Shown here piece after piece: positions 10,304 through 22,667 of a stretch of 36,563 bases of DNA. The notes under the pieces are model-generated. The model saw only the letters and a program-made list of their open reading frames with translations, made no database searches and was not told the DNA's origin. Source of the DNA: Protoeuglena noctilucae (Eukaryota); assembly GCA_958009085.1 (NCBI GenBank), contig OY253677.1:992001-1028563 (forward strand), in the 5' to 3' direction. Within the stretch, counting starts at the first letter, position 1. Each line of letters begins with the position of its first letter. Position numbers and translations under genes: made by a program.

Positions 10304-12594
10304 ATGACGAAGCGGCGCGTCACCTGCGAGGTGGTGGCGGGGGGCGACGGCCGGCTTGCTCCGTTCGCCGTCTACTTTCCCTCCGGCCATCGCCCCACGG
10401 TGAGGCGTCGCAAAGGGCAGGCAGCGCACCATTCGCTTGAAGTCCTGCTGCCGGAGCAACTCGCCGCCGGGCTCAGCCGCTCGTTGTGCGGCGCGTGCAC
10501 GTTGCCGGGCGTGACAATTCCCATCGCTCCGCGATGCACGAACGCCGATGCTTTGGGTCGCCCTGGCATGTGGACCTTGATATCTGTCGCTTGGCGTGCG
10601 ATTGCCTGGTTATATCCACGGGTGATGCGCCTGACGAGGTGCGCCTTGGCTGCTACTGCTGAATCGACGTGCGACTGCGCTCATTCTGCCGGTCTCGGGA
10701 TGCAGGATGACGAAAGCTTCGAAGTGCATCAACACGTGTCGAAGCGACACCACTACGTCGTCGCCGGAGAGCGGGAAGGGGTCGCGCTCGTGGGCGAGAC
10801 CAGCGGGGCTGGGGAGGGACCGGCGAGCCAGTTCGCGGTGGGGCTGCTGGACCGCGCATCGGGGAAGCTTCGGGTGTGTCTGCCAGAAGGGCTGGGCTTC
10901 GCCTGCATGGAGGTGCGGGTGGAGGGGGTGGACTACGTGGCGGGGGGGCGGGCGGACGGGCGGGCAGATGAGCTCACGCGGGAGGAGCGGGTCGCCCGCA
11001 ACAAAGCCCTAGTAGCGGAGGTGACGGCGCGCACGTCCCGGCATGCGGGCGCGCTGCCGCGTCCCGAGCCTCGCTAAAGCGCCGGCTAACCCTCGTGCCG
11101 CAGTTCGGGTCCCTTCGGCGGCGGCGGCAGATGAACCTCAAGGAGGGCGCGGTGGTGCACGAGGGCGCGATCGCCGGCTCCTGCGCGCTGACACAGATCC
11201 TGACGGAGGCGGGGGAGAAGGCGGCGGGGGAGGGACTCACCAAGGAGAAGGCGAGGGCGCGGGTGCAGGTGCGGATGGCACCGGGCCATTGCAGCAGTGG
11301 GATGACTCATAAGTTGTCGTCTTGTCTGCTCAGGTGCTGGCTGCGGCCCACGGTCATCGGAACCTCCCGCCCCACGACCCGACCGCGCGGTGGCCGTGGC
11401 AGGCCTACCCCTGGGAGGAGCTCTGCCCGGCGGGGCCCGCGCAGTCCCTGCGGACGGACGAGCTGCTGCGTTCCGCGGCCAGCCCTTCTGCCATGGAGTA
11501 GCTCCAGGGTGGCAGCGACTTCAACGGCTACGTGCGGTGCGTGGCGTGCGTGGTGCCATGAATCGCCGTCTGATCTTGATGCGCGGTTCCTTGCGAGGGA
11601 AGATCTTGCGGGGCATTGCATGGGCTCGCTGGGAATCGAGGGACGGACTGACCCGTGCGGCACCTCGGGTGCTTCCCCCTTCATCAGCCCCCGCCCTGGC
11701 TTGCCCCCCCAGGTCCCGCGCGGTCGTGCTGCGCGGCATCCGGGACAAGGACGCCCGCCGCCGTGCGGCCAACTGGCTCGCCTTCGTCCACCCTCTTATG
11801 GTGTACTGGCGCGCCCCGGGAGTGGGTGAGCGGGCAGGGTGGCCATGCGCCACGACATGACGCGGCTTTAATGCCTACGTTTGGATGGCGAGCTTGGCAA
11901 GCGAGTCGCCTGGTTTAGGGAGATGCAAGGGCTTCTCCCCTGGCTCCCGCAGTGCCATACCCGGAGGACGGCCTCGGGGAGCTGGCAGCCAAGTGGAACT
12001 GCCCTGAGGGCGTCGTGGACTGGATGCTGTCGACATTTGCGTCGCGGCAGCCGAGCGAGAGGGAGCCGGGGAAAGAGAGCTTCGTGCGTTCCAAGGTGCC
12101 CTTTCCGCTGGGTGGTCGCGGGCGGCTGAGCCAGTGCATGCCCCTGCTCTGCCGAGCGCTCGTCGCTCCTGGCCGCGACGCAGGACAAGAAGGACCTGCT
12201 GACATGCTACGTCTTCGTGGCCGCGCTGGGCGCCGAGGAGTGGGCCATGGAGGACACGGTCTTTGACGAGCTGCGGTTCGCGCTGAAGGCCGACGCCAAG
12301 AACCTCGCCAAGGTCGCCAGGTGATGGCGTGGCGCGCGTGGAATAGCTGGCGTTGGCGTCAACGTCTCGCTTGACAGGCCTCGCGCGCGCCTGCCCCGTC
12401 GCAGGGAGCTTGGGTGCGACGTCAAGAGCTCCCAGGCGAAGGCGAAGGACGGCAGCGCCATGTACAAGGTCGGCCTCCTGTCCGCACGCGGAGGGGAATC
12501 CGACAGGCGTCTGGAGGACTGCTTTAACCAAGCCCAAGCTGCAGCGCGCGAGCCGGCGGTAGGGTTTTGCCAATGCTGCTTCTGGCGCAAGTGA
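10304..12594 (+). CDS. RPA49: RNA polymerase I-associated A49/PAF53-like subunit, 8 exons; disrupted as assembled
   Basis: Exons 10304-10399, 10706-11020, 11104-11250 (or 11268), 11334-11536, 11713-11825, 11953-12095, 12184-12320, 12405-12594. Motifs VYFPSG, QFAVGLLDRASGKLRV, NKALVAEFGSLRRRR, NLPPHD.TA..P.QAYP, KDLL..YV, RELGC. In-frame TAG at 11499-11501 and a likely +1 base near 12526. Confidence 0.75.
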
Positions 12595-13199
12595 CGCGCG
12601 GGCCGAGGGTCACGGAAAGGGGCATGCCGCCCATGACTCCTTCAAATCACGATCAAATTGCGACTGCGGGCCCCGACGCTCGCCGATCCCGGCGCACCCA
12701 TGGGCTGCTAGCGGCCGCGGCGCACTCGGACCTGCCTGAACTTGCCCATTCTGCGCAAGGGAGCGACGTCCTCATCTCATGCGGCCTGGTTTCGACGCGA
12801 ATAACCCCACGGTGCTGTTGAATTGCGCGGAGAGGACGCGGACGGGAAGTTCGGGTGCTGACAGGTGCGTTCAGGGCCTTTGGTCGGCCGTTTGCATTCC
12901 ATCCATCGCAGTCATACCTAGGAGAACGCGGCGCACCTCGCCGCGGAGCGCGACATCCGCCCTCGCCCCCTTTTCTAAGTGCCATGTCCCCAAGCGAGCT
13001 GCACGCGGCTATATGACGAGTCGATCAGCCAGCTCTTTGCGTGCCTAGGCGCTGCGCCCCCCGCGGCCCCGCCCTCCTGCGCGGCCGCGGGCACCCACAC
13101 CCCGGGCACCGTTCTGCGTGTGGCAATCCGTCCTGTCCTGCGACGCAGCCAATCTCGTGCCCCTCTCCGCAGCCCATCGCGGTTCTTTGTCAGGAGCGG

Positions 13200-14765
13200 A
13201 TGCGGCGCGCGAAGCGTCCTGGCGGGCGGGCCCTGCTGTGGCTGTTTGTGGTTGCGGCGCTCGTGCTGACGGCGGCCACCCAGACGTCCGTGCTGCCCGC
13301 TGACTGGCCCGCGGAGGGCCCGGTCCCCAGCAAAATCGAGTTCGTCAACACCGGCGTTTCGTCGGGGGCCACAAACGCCCACATGCCGCCAACCCAGGCG
13401 AGTCTAGGGCAGCCGCTGAGGGTTGTCTGGCTCAGCTGGCTGCGGGGCGTCGCTGCTAAACAAGAGACATCCCCGCTATGTTGCAGGACCGAGGGCGCAC
13501 TCTCCGTGACCAGATAAACGTCGCCACGACAGGTGACGAGGGGGCGGGGTGGTTCGTTAATGCGATGCATGCGTCGTCATCCCATCGTGACAAACTACCG
13601 TGATCCCCAGTCGATGGATGCATCTGTCATCTACCATGGGTTTCCTGTCGATGACTTGTTTCTCTCTTCTCAACCAACTCCTGCCAGTGGCAGTGGCAGC
13701 ATCGATATCCTGTCCTCCATTCCCCATCCCACGTGCCCGCGATGCCCTTAGGTAGCACCGCATCCGTCGTCACTTCTGGCAACCCAGCCACGGCCGCGAC
13801 CCCCGCCGCACCCCCAACCGCCGCGACCCCCGCCGCACCTCCGCCTGCCGCGCCCGCCGCGCCTGCCGCCGTCCAAGTGAACATCGTGCCTGCCGCATCC
13901 ACGACCACCACCACAACCACCACCACTACTACGGCAGCCCAAGTGAATTCCACGGTCACCGCCCCGAGCAGCCCCCCTGACGCGCCTCCCACTGCGGCAG
14001 GTGCCCAGGGACGCGTAATGATGACCTCACCTCGTCCCTCTTACCCCACCCCGCCATCCACTGCTCGCAGAGACCTCTGCCTACGCTTGAATGCGAGGGC
14101 GTGGGCATTGATTGCGCCGCCACCGCTTGCCCACTCCTCCCGAGGCCCGCTGCCCCGCAGGCGGACTGGGCGGGGCGCTGGGCGCGCTGGGATCCTCGGC
14201 GCAGAAGCTGACGTTCGGGTCCGGGGTGTTCGGGGACTCGCCCTTCGTGGGGTCCACCGTGAGCATCAAGCAGTTCACTGGCAGTGGCGGCGCGGGGGTT
14301 GGAGGAGGGCAGAACTGTGCCGGGCGAGTGGCTGCATGATTTGAGGAGCCTTGTTATGTTCCACTTGGCACTACTGTCACCCTACCATGTCCCGGCTTCG
14401 TCTCTCTCCCCAGCACCTGCGACCGGGCGGGCGTCATTGCGTCGTGCGGGGGCGTGGCGTCCGGCAGCCCCCTCTGCTGCCAGGCGCTGGCGGGCGTGTC
14501 GTCCTGCCTCTGCAACGGGCCCTTCTGGTGTGGCCTCCAGAGCGCCGTTCCCAACCTGGCCGGGGTCATCCAGGTGCCCTGCGCAGCCACCGCTGCTGCT
14601 GAGCATCCGCTTGCCATGGCACTGCATACTGATGCAGTGCAAGAAGACATAGCTGAGCGTGCGGTGGGGAGTATCTCACGTCTCGATGCGTCCCTTCCGC
14701 AGAGCTGCATCGCCAAGGGACAGGCCCCGCCCACGATGCTCCCGGCGCCCCCTCCCTCGTGCTAA
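13200..14765 (+). CDS. Secreted Ala/Pro/Thr-rich protein with C-terminal nsLTP/prolamin-like Cys motif, ~292 aa, 6 exons
   Basis: Exons 13200-13397 (GC donor), 13487-13532, 13752-14000, 14161-14323 (GC donor), 14414-14573, 14703-14765 join in frame. Signal peptide ALLWLFVVAALVLTAA, then TPAAPP repeats and poly-Thr, then C-X3-C-X8-C-X9-CC-X8-CLC-X5-C-X15-C-X17-C. Confidence 0.75.
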
Positions 14766-15180
14766 CGCCCACCGGACTCTCCCTGGGGAGGGGCCGCGCC
14801 TCTTTGGCCCTGGAGTGACCCCGATAGGTGATTCCACGGCGCATCGAGGCGTCCGGCCCTCCCCTGCACTCTGCCGTGAGGAGAATTGCACTGGACACGG
14901 GGCGTGGCTGCCATACGCATCACGGCATTCCCCATCCGCATGTGACCCCTAGCTGTCGTAGGTCAGCGCGCGGGTCGTGGCGCCTTTGAAGGTCCGCGGG
15001 GCAAGGGGCACGACGTGGGCAGAGAGGAAAGCATCGGCAGATGAACCACGCCGCCCGGGCAAGCATCGAGAGAGAAGGAACATGAGACACCATTGACCGT
15101 CACGACAGACAAAGAGATGGCATGCGGCAGTCCCTGCCTGGCCAGGACAGCCCAGCCCCTCTTACGCCCATCAGTCTCTC

Positions 15181-16167
15181 TCAGTCTCGCTTCTTGTCCC
15201 CCTCGTCCGTGTCGTAGATGGTGCGCCCCGTGCCCCGCTTGAAGAGAAATTTGCGCCCGTTGCTCCTCTCCGGGTCCAGCTCCAGCGCCGTCATCTTCTG
15301 GATGATGAAGAGGAGCTCCGAGAGCTCCTTGGGGGAGAACCCACTGGCAATGAACCCACTCAGCTGCGGCAAGGGATGGGCTGCCAGATGTCGAAAGACA
15401 CACCGGCGAGGTCGCTGTCCTGGCTCAGGCATCTGCACAGAGCACCAAGCCCCGCCCGGGAGGCAGCCATGCACGCGCACCCGGATGACGATGGAGGGGA
15501 TGAAGTAGCAGAGGAAGGCGAAGGCGATCCACCCGATCTTCTGGTCGATGGGAAGCCGGCGAATGTACCACACGAACCCGCCCATGATGGCGAGGAGCAC
15601 CAGGGCCGTGCCAGCCACGTGGAACATGCTCGGGAGCTTGGTCACCACGAACCTGCCGCGCACGGACCATGGGAGAGGAAGGGTCAGCACGCCGAGATGG
15701 TGAGGGTGTCTGTGGATGGATGCGCACTCACAGCACGCTACATTGCTCCGTCAGCGAGCTGCTGCGCCGCTCACGTGGGGATGGGCCGACCGTCACCCTC
15801 GATCCTGCAGTCCGCGCGGTACGTCCACTTCCGCAGCTTCCTCATCACCTTCACGACCTGCACGTGCGCATCGTCCACCGAGGATGACGTCCGACAGAAA
15901 ATCCGAGCGCACGATCGGCTGCACGTGCTGCCCCCAAAGTTGTTGCATGCCTCTGTCGGGCCCGCCCACCTTCTCGTCGAATCCGATGAGCTCCACGTTG
16001 CTTTCGTCGACAAATATCAGCGCTGGCTCAGGTTCGGGGGCGCTGGAGGCCTCGGCAGGCTTCGGGTCTGGCCTCGCACGCCGGCTTGTGACGGGGACAT
16101 CCTCGAGCTCCTCCTCGCTCGACTCTTCTGAGCTGCTGCTCGTGGGGAGCTCCTCGACGGTGACCAT
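15181..16167 (-). CDS. Hypothetical two-pass membrane protein, 211 aa, 4 exons
   Basis: Exons 16167-15970, 15857-15775, 15652-15481, 15363-15181 join in frame with GT-AG sites. Acidic N-terminus; hydrophobic segments VAGTALVLLAIMGGFVWYI and IGWIAFAFLCYFIPSIVI. Confidence 0.75.
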
Positions 16168-16581
16168 CGCGTCAACAGCACGCCCGTCAGCGGAGAATGT
16201 GGATTGCTCGCACCGGGAAGGAACACTGGTCGGCGTAAGTGCGCAGGTCCCAATCACGAGCCATACGAGCACAAGTCTGAGCTCAGCAAAGGTAGTAGAT
16301 GCAGCCAGCGACAGGGCAAACGGTCACACAAATGTCCTTTCCAGGAAACACACTGCTGGCGTCCTGCGCTGGCACACCAGTTTCGATCTGCATCCCGTCG
16401 TGACTCGCTTGGAAGCTAGCAAGGATGAATGCACGACTGCTGCCATGAGCGATCAAATTCTGTGTCGCTAGCTTCTAGCTGTCACAAGCGAGGCCCGCAC
16501 GCTCTCTTCTGCGACAAATCTTTGCAACTCAAACCGATCCGCTGCGCCGAGTGTATACATACGACGTACCCGCGCCCTGCC

Positions 16582-17508
16582 ATGCGTCCCACGGAAGGCG
16601 GCCATCTCGCATGGGTCCTGCCCCGCCTTCTCCTGCTCTTCGTCCTGGCCCTGCTTCTCCTCGCCACCACTGCGTGCGCTAGGCGCATCACCATCGGCGA
16701 CGACATCGGAGAGGACGCCGAGGACCTGCGAAGATGGGGCCTCAAGTCGGGGCAGGAGGTGCTGGACGACCTCAATGAGCGGAGGCGGCAGCCTCCCGCC
16801 CACACCGTCGATATCGGCCGGCTCGGCGACGAGGGCTACATGCGGGAGATGACCCTGGTCCGTGGCTGCGCCTGGCCTGTGTCGAGCGAGCCTCAGCTGG
16901 GAGGCTGGTGATGACACCCACCTGCGCCACGCTTCCCACGAGAGACACGCGCCCCTGTCACTGCAGAGGAACATCCGCGGCCCGACGTTGACGTTCGTGC
17001 GGCTGGTGCCCGACGCGTCCCGCGTCCAGTCTGCCGTGGAGCGCCTGGCTCGGCTGTGGACGGAGAAGCTGCGGTCGGGGCAGGTCGACGTGCGCTTCTA
17101 CGCCGCGAGCCCGCAACAGATCGTCGCGGTGGTCGATGATGCCGAAACCGCCCTGCTCCTGCGGGACTTCTTGCTGGCCGAGCCGCTGGTGTACGAGTGG
17201 GAGGTGGAGGCGAGTGGGCGCGTGTGTGCAGGACGTGTGGGGCTGCTGTCCAGGAAGAGCCCACCCTGGCAGCGGCCCATCAGAAGGCCGCTGACGCTGG
17301 TGGCCTTGCACCTGACCCAGGGTGGTCTCCTCGCCCATTGCAGCGGACGCAGTTCCGTCGTGTGGAGGACACGGTGCCGTACGAGGAGCTGGACCCGGTG
17401 GCGGACCGGATGCGCGCGGCAGAACGGGCCGCTGAAGTGCGGGACAGCACGCGGCGCTGGCAGGAACGGCGGGCAGTGGGGGCAGGGGACGAGATCGCCG
17501 ATCTGTGA
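16582..17508 (+). CDS. MESD/Boca-like ER chaperone, 227 aa, 3 exons
   Basis: Exons 16582-16857, 16967-17209 (GC donor), 17344-17508. Signal peptide; GPTLTFVRL...LARLWTEKLRSGQVDVRFY...LRDFLLAEP.VYE.EVE..QFRR matches the MESD core; ends in IADL (xDEL-like). Confidence 0.75.
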
Positions 17509-17573
17509 TGGCAATGGCCGTTGATTCTTGGATTTACGCAGGTTGTTAGGCTTCAAAAACCTTCCATGCATTT

Positions 17574-17578
17574 TGTAA
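17574..17578 (+). promoter_or_regulatory. Candidate chlorophyte-type poly(A) signal TGTAA after the MESD-like gene
   Basis: TGTAA 66 nt after the stop codon; UGUAA is the known major poly(A) element in many chlorophytes. Also seen at 27547-27551 after the SLP stop and at 31643-31647 in its copy. Confidence 0.45.
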
Positions 17579-17997
17579 ACCAGATGCAAATGGATCTCGA
17601 GTCTGAGCATGAAGGGGGGGCGTCGCGGGTTGGCCCCTGGTTACAGACGCCTGACAAGGAGCTCTCAGCCTTGAAGTGCGGACCAAAACGCATCCTACGC
17701 ACGCTTCGTGATGTCTGCTTAGACACAGGCCCAGTGGTGTGCGCATTTGCGGCCGCTGCGAGGCAGGGTATGCAGCGGCACGTGCTGGACGCACTCGAGC
17801 GCTTTGCGTCGCCTGGGCGCGGCTGTGCACCCAGCGCATGACGCTGCAAGTCCATTTCTTACCACATAATATGTTGCGGTAGCCATCGGTAGCAACTCGG
17901 ATCCTTTACCAAGCTCTCGGGGTCGACTTATGTGACTATCAACGTCCCCGCCGCGTCGCTTCGGGTGGCAAAGTGGTGTCCTAGGACTGTCGCCGAC

Positions 17998-20900
17998 ATG
18001 TGGATCATTGTCCGTTACTCTGTGGGCTTCCTGCGCGCCACTACGCTGCACGTCCTGACAGCATGCGAGCAGGCAAGGAATCGCTCGCGCATCTCTGCGA
18101 CGCCGCTGCGAATCGCTGCGCCATCATGTCGGCAGCTCTTTGCATTCGATGCCGTATTGATGGTTACCACCATGCTGCGCGCCTGCAGGTCCTTTCGGCG
18201 GTGGATCCGGCCTCCCGCCTGCAGTGGCTCGTGGCGCACACCCAACAGGTCCTAGCGTGGCTCCTCGCCTGGGGCATCGCCCTCTTTGGCAAACTCTCCT
18301 GGTCCCTTCTCGCAACTGTCTCCTTCCTGACGCTCCTGGCCGCCCTAGTCCTCACGGTGCGGGCCAGCGCAGTCGCCTCTCGCCCCCAGCAGACCAAGAC
18401 GGCAAGTCGTCACCCTCCCCCCAGCCTCCCCGCCCCAGGTCGCCCACGCCAGGGCTTCCCGAGAGCGCCGCAGGCTGGCGCGATCGCTGCGCCGCGCCCG
18501 CGCCCGCCTGGCCGACGCGGACGTGGTGCTGGTCACGAATGCCGAGCCCGGGGAGTGGCTGAACAAGATGCTCGTGCAGTACTGGCACTCGTTCGTGCAC
18601 CCCAAGCTCCTCAACACCATGCTGCGCAGCGTCCAGGGCAAGCTGGACGAGGTGGTCGACCAGGGCGTCCTGTCCCTGTGGGTGGAGAAGTTCCACCTGG
18701 GACTAGCGCCCCCCGTGCTGGTGAGATGCGGAGGCGACCAGCAGGGACGCAGCTGCAGAGTTACGTGCAACACCGTTGCCTGACCTCATACGCATGTCTG
18801 CCGACGCCACCCGCGCAGTCCAACTGGAAGGCCTACGCGCACCGGGACGGTTCGAGGGGTCTCGCGCGCCTGGAGGTGGACGTGCACTTCGCCACTGACC
18901 AGGCGGACATCGAGGTGACATGGGAAGGGTGCCTGTCGGGCGAGGAGATAGGGGAGAGGAGATATAACCCCACGTGCATTAGTGGGCGTGTCATGAGCGA
19001 GGGGCATGCTTGGTGCGCCCATGCTGCCTCCGTGCACATCCCCGCTTGCCTTGCCCCCGCAGCTCAAGGGCCAGGGCAACATGGTTGGCTTGGCGCAGGT
19101 CATCATCTCTGGTCTCGCAGTCGAGGGTGAGGCGGTGCTCCCTCGACAATGCACACCCAGCATTGCATGCCTATGTCAACTAAGGCAGTCCTCATCCCCA
19201 TCCCGCCCAGGCAAGCTGGCCATGTACCCCGTCGCCAACCAGCGCCTGCTCGTGTTCGGGTTCAAGGGCAGCCCCGAGGTCAGCCTCGACTACAAGATCT
19301 TCATCGGGGCCAACGAGACGCACAAGCTCAACATCGGGGCCGTGCTGCCCATCCGGAGCATCGTCGAGAACCTGTTCAAGGTGAGGACAGCGACCGCATG
19401 GCATAGTGCGTGTGTGGCGACGTAGGAAGCACGAACAGGGGTACGCTGCAGACTGCAGGAGAGGGTCAAAGGCTGTGGTCGCTTGCTCCCTGCGTGCGTG
19501 ACCACGTGCCCCTCGCGTGCTGCCTGCAGGACCTGATGATTGAGCCCAACCGACGCTGCGTGGGACTGGAGCTGCAGGTGCGCCGAGGATGCCTAGTGAC
19601 TAGCGCAGGGGGCGTTGGGTAGCAAACAATGCATGCTTGACCAGACCCATGCATTGGTCGTCACTGGTGCTCTGCTCCGTCTCTTCGGCCCGTGCCAGTG
19701 TCGCCCTGTGTCATCACCTGACCGCCCCTCGCACTCCTCGCCTCCCCTGCAGGACCTGAACCGTGACCCCGTGGTGGGGAGCACGGCCGTGCGCGTCAAG
19801 GGCGTGAGCGGGGTGCGGCCCACGCAGGGCCGGCGCCTGCAGGTGGACGTCACCTGCAAGGACTGGTCCCGCACCGCGCAGACGTCTTTCGACGGACCCG
19901 ACGCGGCCATCGACGAGGCCTTCGTCATCACCATGGTGACACCGGCAGCAAAGCAGTTGACAGCTTCCATTTCCGCCAAATGTGCTTCCATCTGCCCCTC
20001 CCATGTCGTCCAACCCCACCTCCCACTCCTCTGCCACCCTCTCAGGCAGAAAAGGCGTACACCATCGACGTGGTGCTCCGCGACCGCGGCCGCTCCGAGC
20101 CCCTGGGCCGTGCCCGCCTCGAGGTCAACTTCCTCAGCGACGGCTCCACCGCCTTCTGGGGCTCCGGCCTCGACGGCTCCCCCGTGGCCCGCCGCGTGGC
20201 CCCCTTCGAGTCATGGGAGGTGGCCCTGGCCGTCATGGCACCCGACGAGGAGGGGCGGCCCAGGGTCACGCGGGGGGCCGTGCACCTGGCCGCCACGCAG
20301 CAGGGGTGGAGGTTCGCGCAGAGGGCGCCCCCGGAGTTCGTGTGCTATAGGCGAGAGGGATGGGGCATGCGCAACGCAGGTCTCCCATCACATGCCTGAC
20401 CCCCCAGCCTATCTCCCACATTCCGCCTCCCCCAGGTCCCTGGGCCCTCGCACGCTCCTTCTCCTGGTGGTGGAGGCGGAGGGCCTCCCCAAGCACGTGG
20501 CCAGCGCCTACGCCAGCGTCACGTACGGGCCCCTGCGCGTGGACACCCACAAGTGCGAGAACACGCAGCGGCCCGTGTGGAACGCGTGGATGAAGGTCGA
20601 GGAGAGCCCGAACCCGGGGCTGAGGTGAGAGGGCCTGCGGAGAACAGACTGCCGCTGTGGTAGAGTCAGTGACATCTTCGGCTCAACAACTGAACAACTG
20701 CTCCTCCGCACCCCAGGCGCGTCAAGGTGCAGATCCGCAACGCCACGCGCGGCGTCAAGTCCGACGAGCCCCTGGGCCACGCCTGGCTTGCCCTGGACGC
20801 GGTGCACGAGTGCCACCCTCTGGACCAGTGGCTGGACCTGGAGGGGCCCGCCAAGGGGGGCCGCGTGCACCTGGTGGCCGAGGTGCGCCCGGGGAGGGCA

Positions 20901-22667
20901 GACCAGGTGCCCCTCCCCGCCTACCACAACCGGTGAGTGGTCCACACTGCAGAACCTGTCATTCTGTCAGAGGTCCACCCACCCACTCCCTTCTTCAGCA
21001 CTCACGCTCTCCCCCGCCCCACGCCTGGCACCCCCTAGGTCGGGCACCGAGGTCCTGGAGGTGGGCGTCCGCATGGCCCGTTCCCTCGCCGACCGCGCGT
21101 CCATCTTCCGCCCCCGCGTCAACGCCTTCGCCATCGTGTCGTACGGCCTGGAGCGGCGGCGCACCGACTACGTCCGCGACAGCGTCAGCCCCGTGTGGGA
21201 CCAGACCTACACCTTCCCCTTCGAGGAGGGGCGCCTCCTGCAGGTCGAGATATGGAACCGGTGAGGCCGTGCGATGGTGTGAGGGACTGCAATGATGTGC
21301 GATACTTGAGTGCGAATGCAGCTGTGCCGCTCAGTCGTCGTTGCCGCCCTTCTACGCCCCATGCCACCCCTCCCCCCCGCCGCCCCTCCCCAGCACCCAC
21401 GTGGGCTTCGCGCGCAGCCTCGCGTCCCTCGAGTACATGGGCACGCTCCTCCTCAACCCCAGCCTCCTCAGCACGGGCGTCCTCTTCGAGCAGTGGCTGC
21501 CCCTCGAGGGGGTGCACAACGGGGAGGTCCTTCTCAGGTGAACTGAGAACTCCCGCACTTCAAACGCCTCCTCAGCGTCGTCCGTGGCACAGGCAGAGCA
21601 GTGACTATGGACATGCCTTGTCACAGCCTGGCACCGGCCAAGCAGAGAGTGCGCAGCCGTGCCATAAACCGACCCCCAACCCCTACCCTGTCACCCCCCA
21701 GGTGTCGCCGCCACGCCCCCCCCGCGGACCGCCTGGTCCCAGCCACGGCGGGGGGCCTGGACCACCAGCGGAGGCACGTGGAGACGGAGGCCGCGATGCG
21801 GGAGGCGTGGGACAAGGAGCGCCTGGCCAGGGCCGCCGAGGCGCAGGACAAGCTGTACAAGAAGTCCGTGGTGAGTCGTGACATGGGGCGGGGTGTGTGG
21901 TTCTCATCGACAGCAGCAGGAGAAGGGACGTGGGGCGTGGGCCATGCAGCGGTGCGCGTGAATGCCCATCGCGTTCCGTCTAAGGCAAACCCATGAGCAC
22001 GCTCGGCCAACCCATGCTTCTCATGTCCCCAGCTGCGGGAGGACGAGGCAGCGGAGGTGCTGCGGCGGGCCGAGGAGCGGGGCGCCGAGCGGAGCGTGGC
22101 AGCAGCAGAGGCGCGGGGGGCGGCGGGGCAGGCGGGGGCGTCCGGGCGCGTCCGTGGCTGGGTGGACCTGGGGTGGCAAGAGGAGATGGCGGGGGAGCTG
22201 TACGGGGGGGGCACATCAGCGTCGGCGGAGACGCGCGGGGGCGACGCGGGGGCCGCTCCCGGCGCAGGGCCCCGCGTGCTGCGGCCCTGGGAGGTGCACG
22301 GAGACGTGTGGGACGTGCGCAAGCGGGTGGCCGAGGCGTCAGAGCGCGAGGCGGCGCTGTGGCGGGAGCTTCAGGAGGTGAGGGACAGGGGCTGACTAGG
22401 TTGATCCCTCAGCGTGCGGGGTCATTTGCGCGAGCCAAGCCAAACCAAGCACACGCACCCCTTGCTCGGCAGGAGCGACCGCGGCGGCGGGAGCTGGAGT
22501 CGCGGGAGTCGGCGCGGCTGGCTGCGGAGGCGGCGCGGGCCCGGAAGGGCCGCGGGGTCTTACGACGGCTGATGGGCCGGGGGAAGCCACGGGCTGCACA
22601 GGTGCCCACGGTGCCAGGGGACCCCGCTGCGCCATCGACCGAGGCGCACACGGCGAAGAGCTCCTGA
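17998..22667 (+). CDS. Synaptotagmin/tricalbin-like protein: N-terminal membrane anchor, SMP domain, several C2 domains, coiled-coil tail; 16 exons
   Basis: Exons 17998-18072, 18189-18356, 18439-18720, 18819-18914, 19063-19126, 19211-19380, 19530-19577, 19753-19935, 20046-20350, 20436-20624, 20717-20932, 21039-21260, 21394-21537, 21702-21870, 22033-22377, 22473-22667 join without stops. EPGEWLNKML..YW and EKFHLG.APP (SMP); VVEAEGL..NTQRPVWN, SDEPLG..DQWLDL, SVSPVWDQTYTF (C2). Confidence 0.85.

Noticed and set aside
11499..11501. TAG reassigned to a sense codon (as with TAR=Gln in some ulvophytes)
   Set aside because: TAG terminates AP2A, ZNHIT6, the HSP70-like gene and SLP directly after KDEL, and no other internal TAG/TAA appears in the models.
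8626..12594. Ribosome-biogenesis gene cluster (ZNHIT6 next to RPA49)
   Set aside because: Two adjacent housekeeping genes in a compact genome are readily explained by chance; no shared regulatory motif seen.
17521..17855. Short ORFs between the MESD-like and SMP-C2 genes
   Set aside because: No motifs, weak GC3 bias, no convincing splice structure; likely UTR or promoter.
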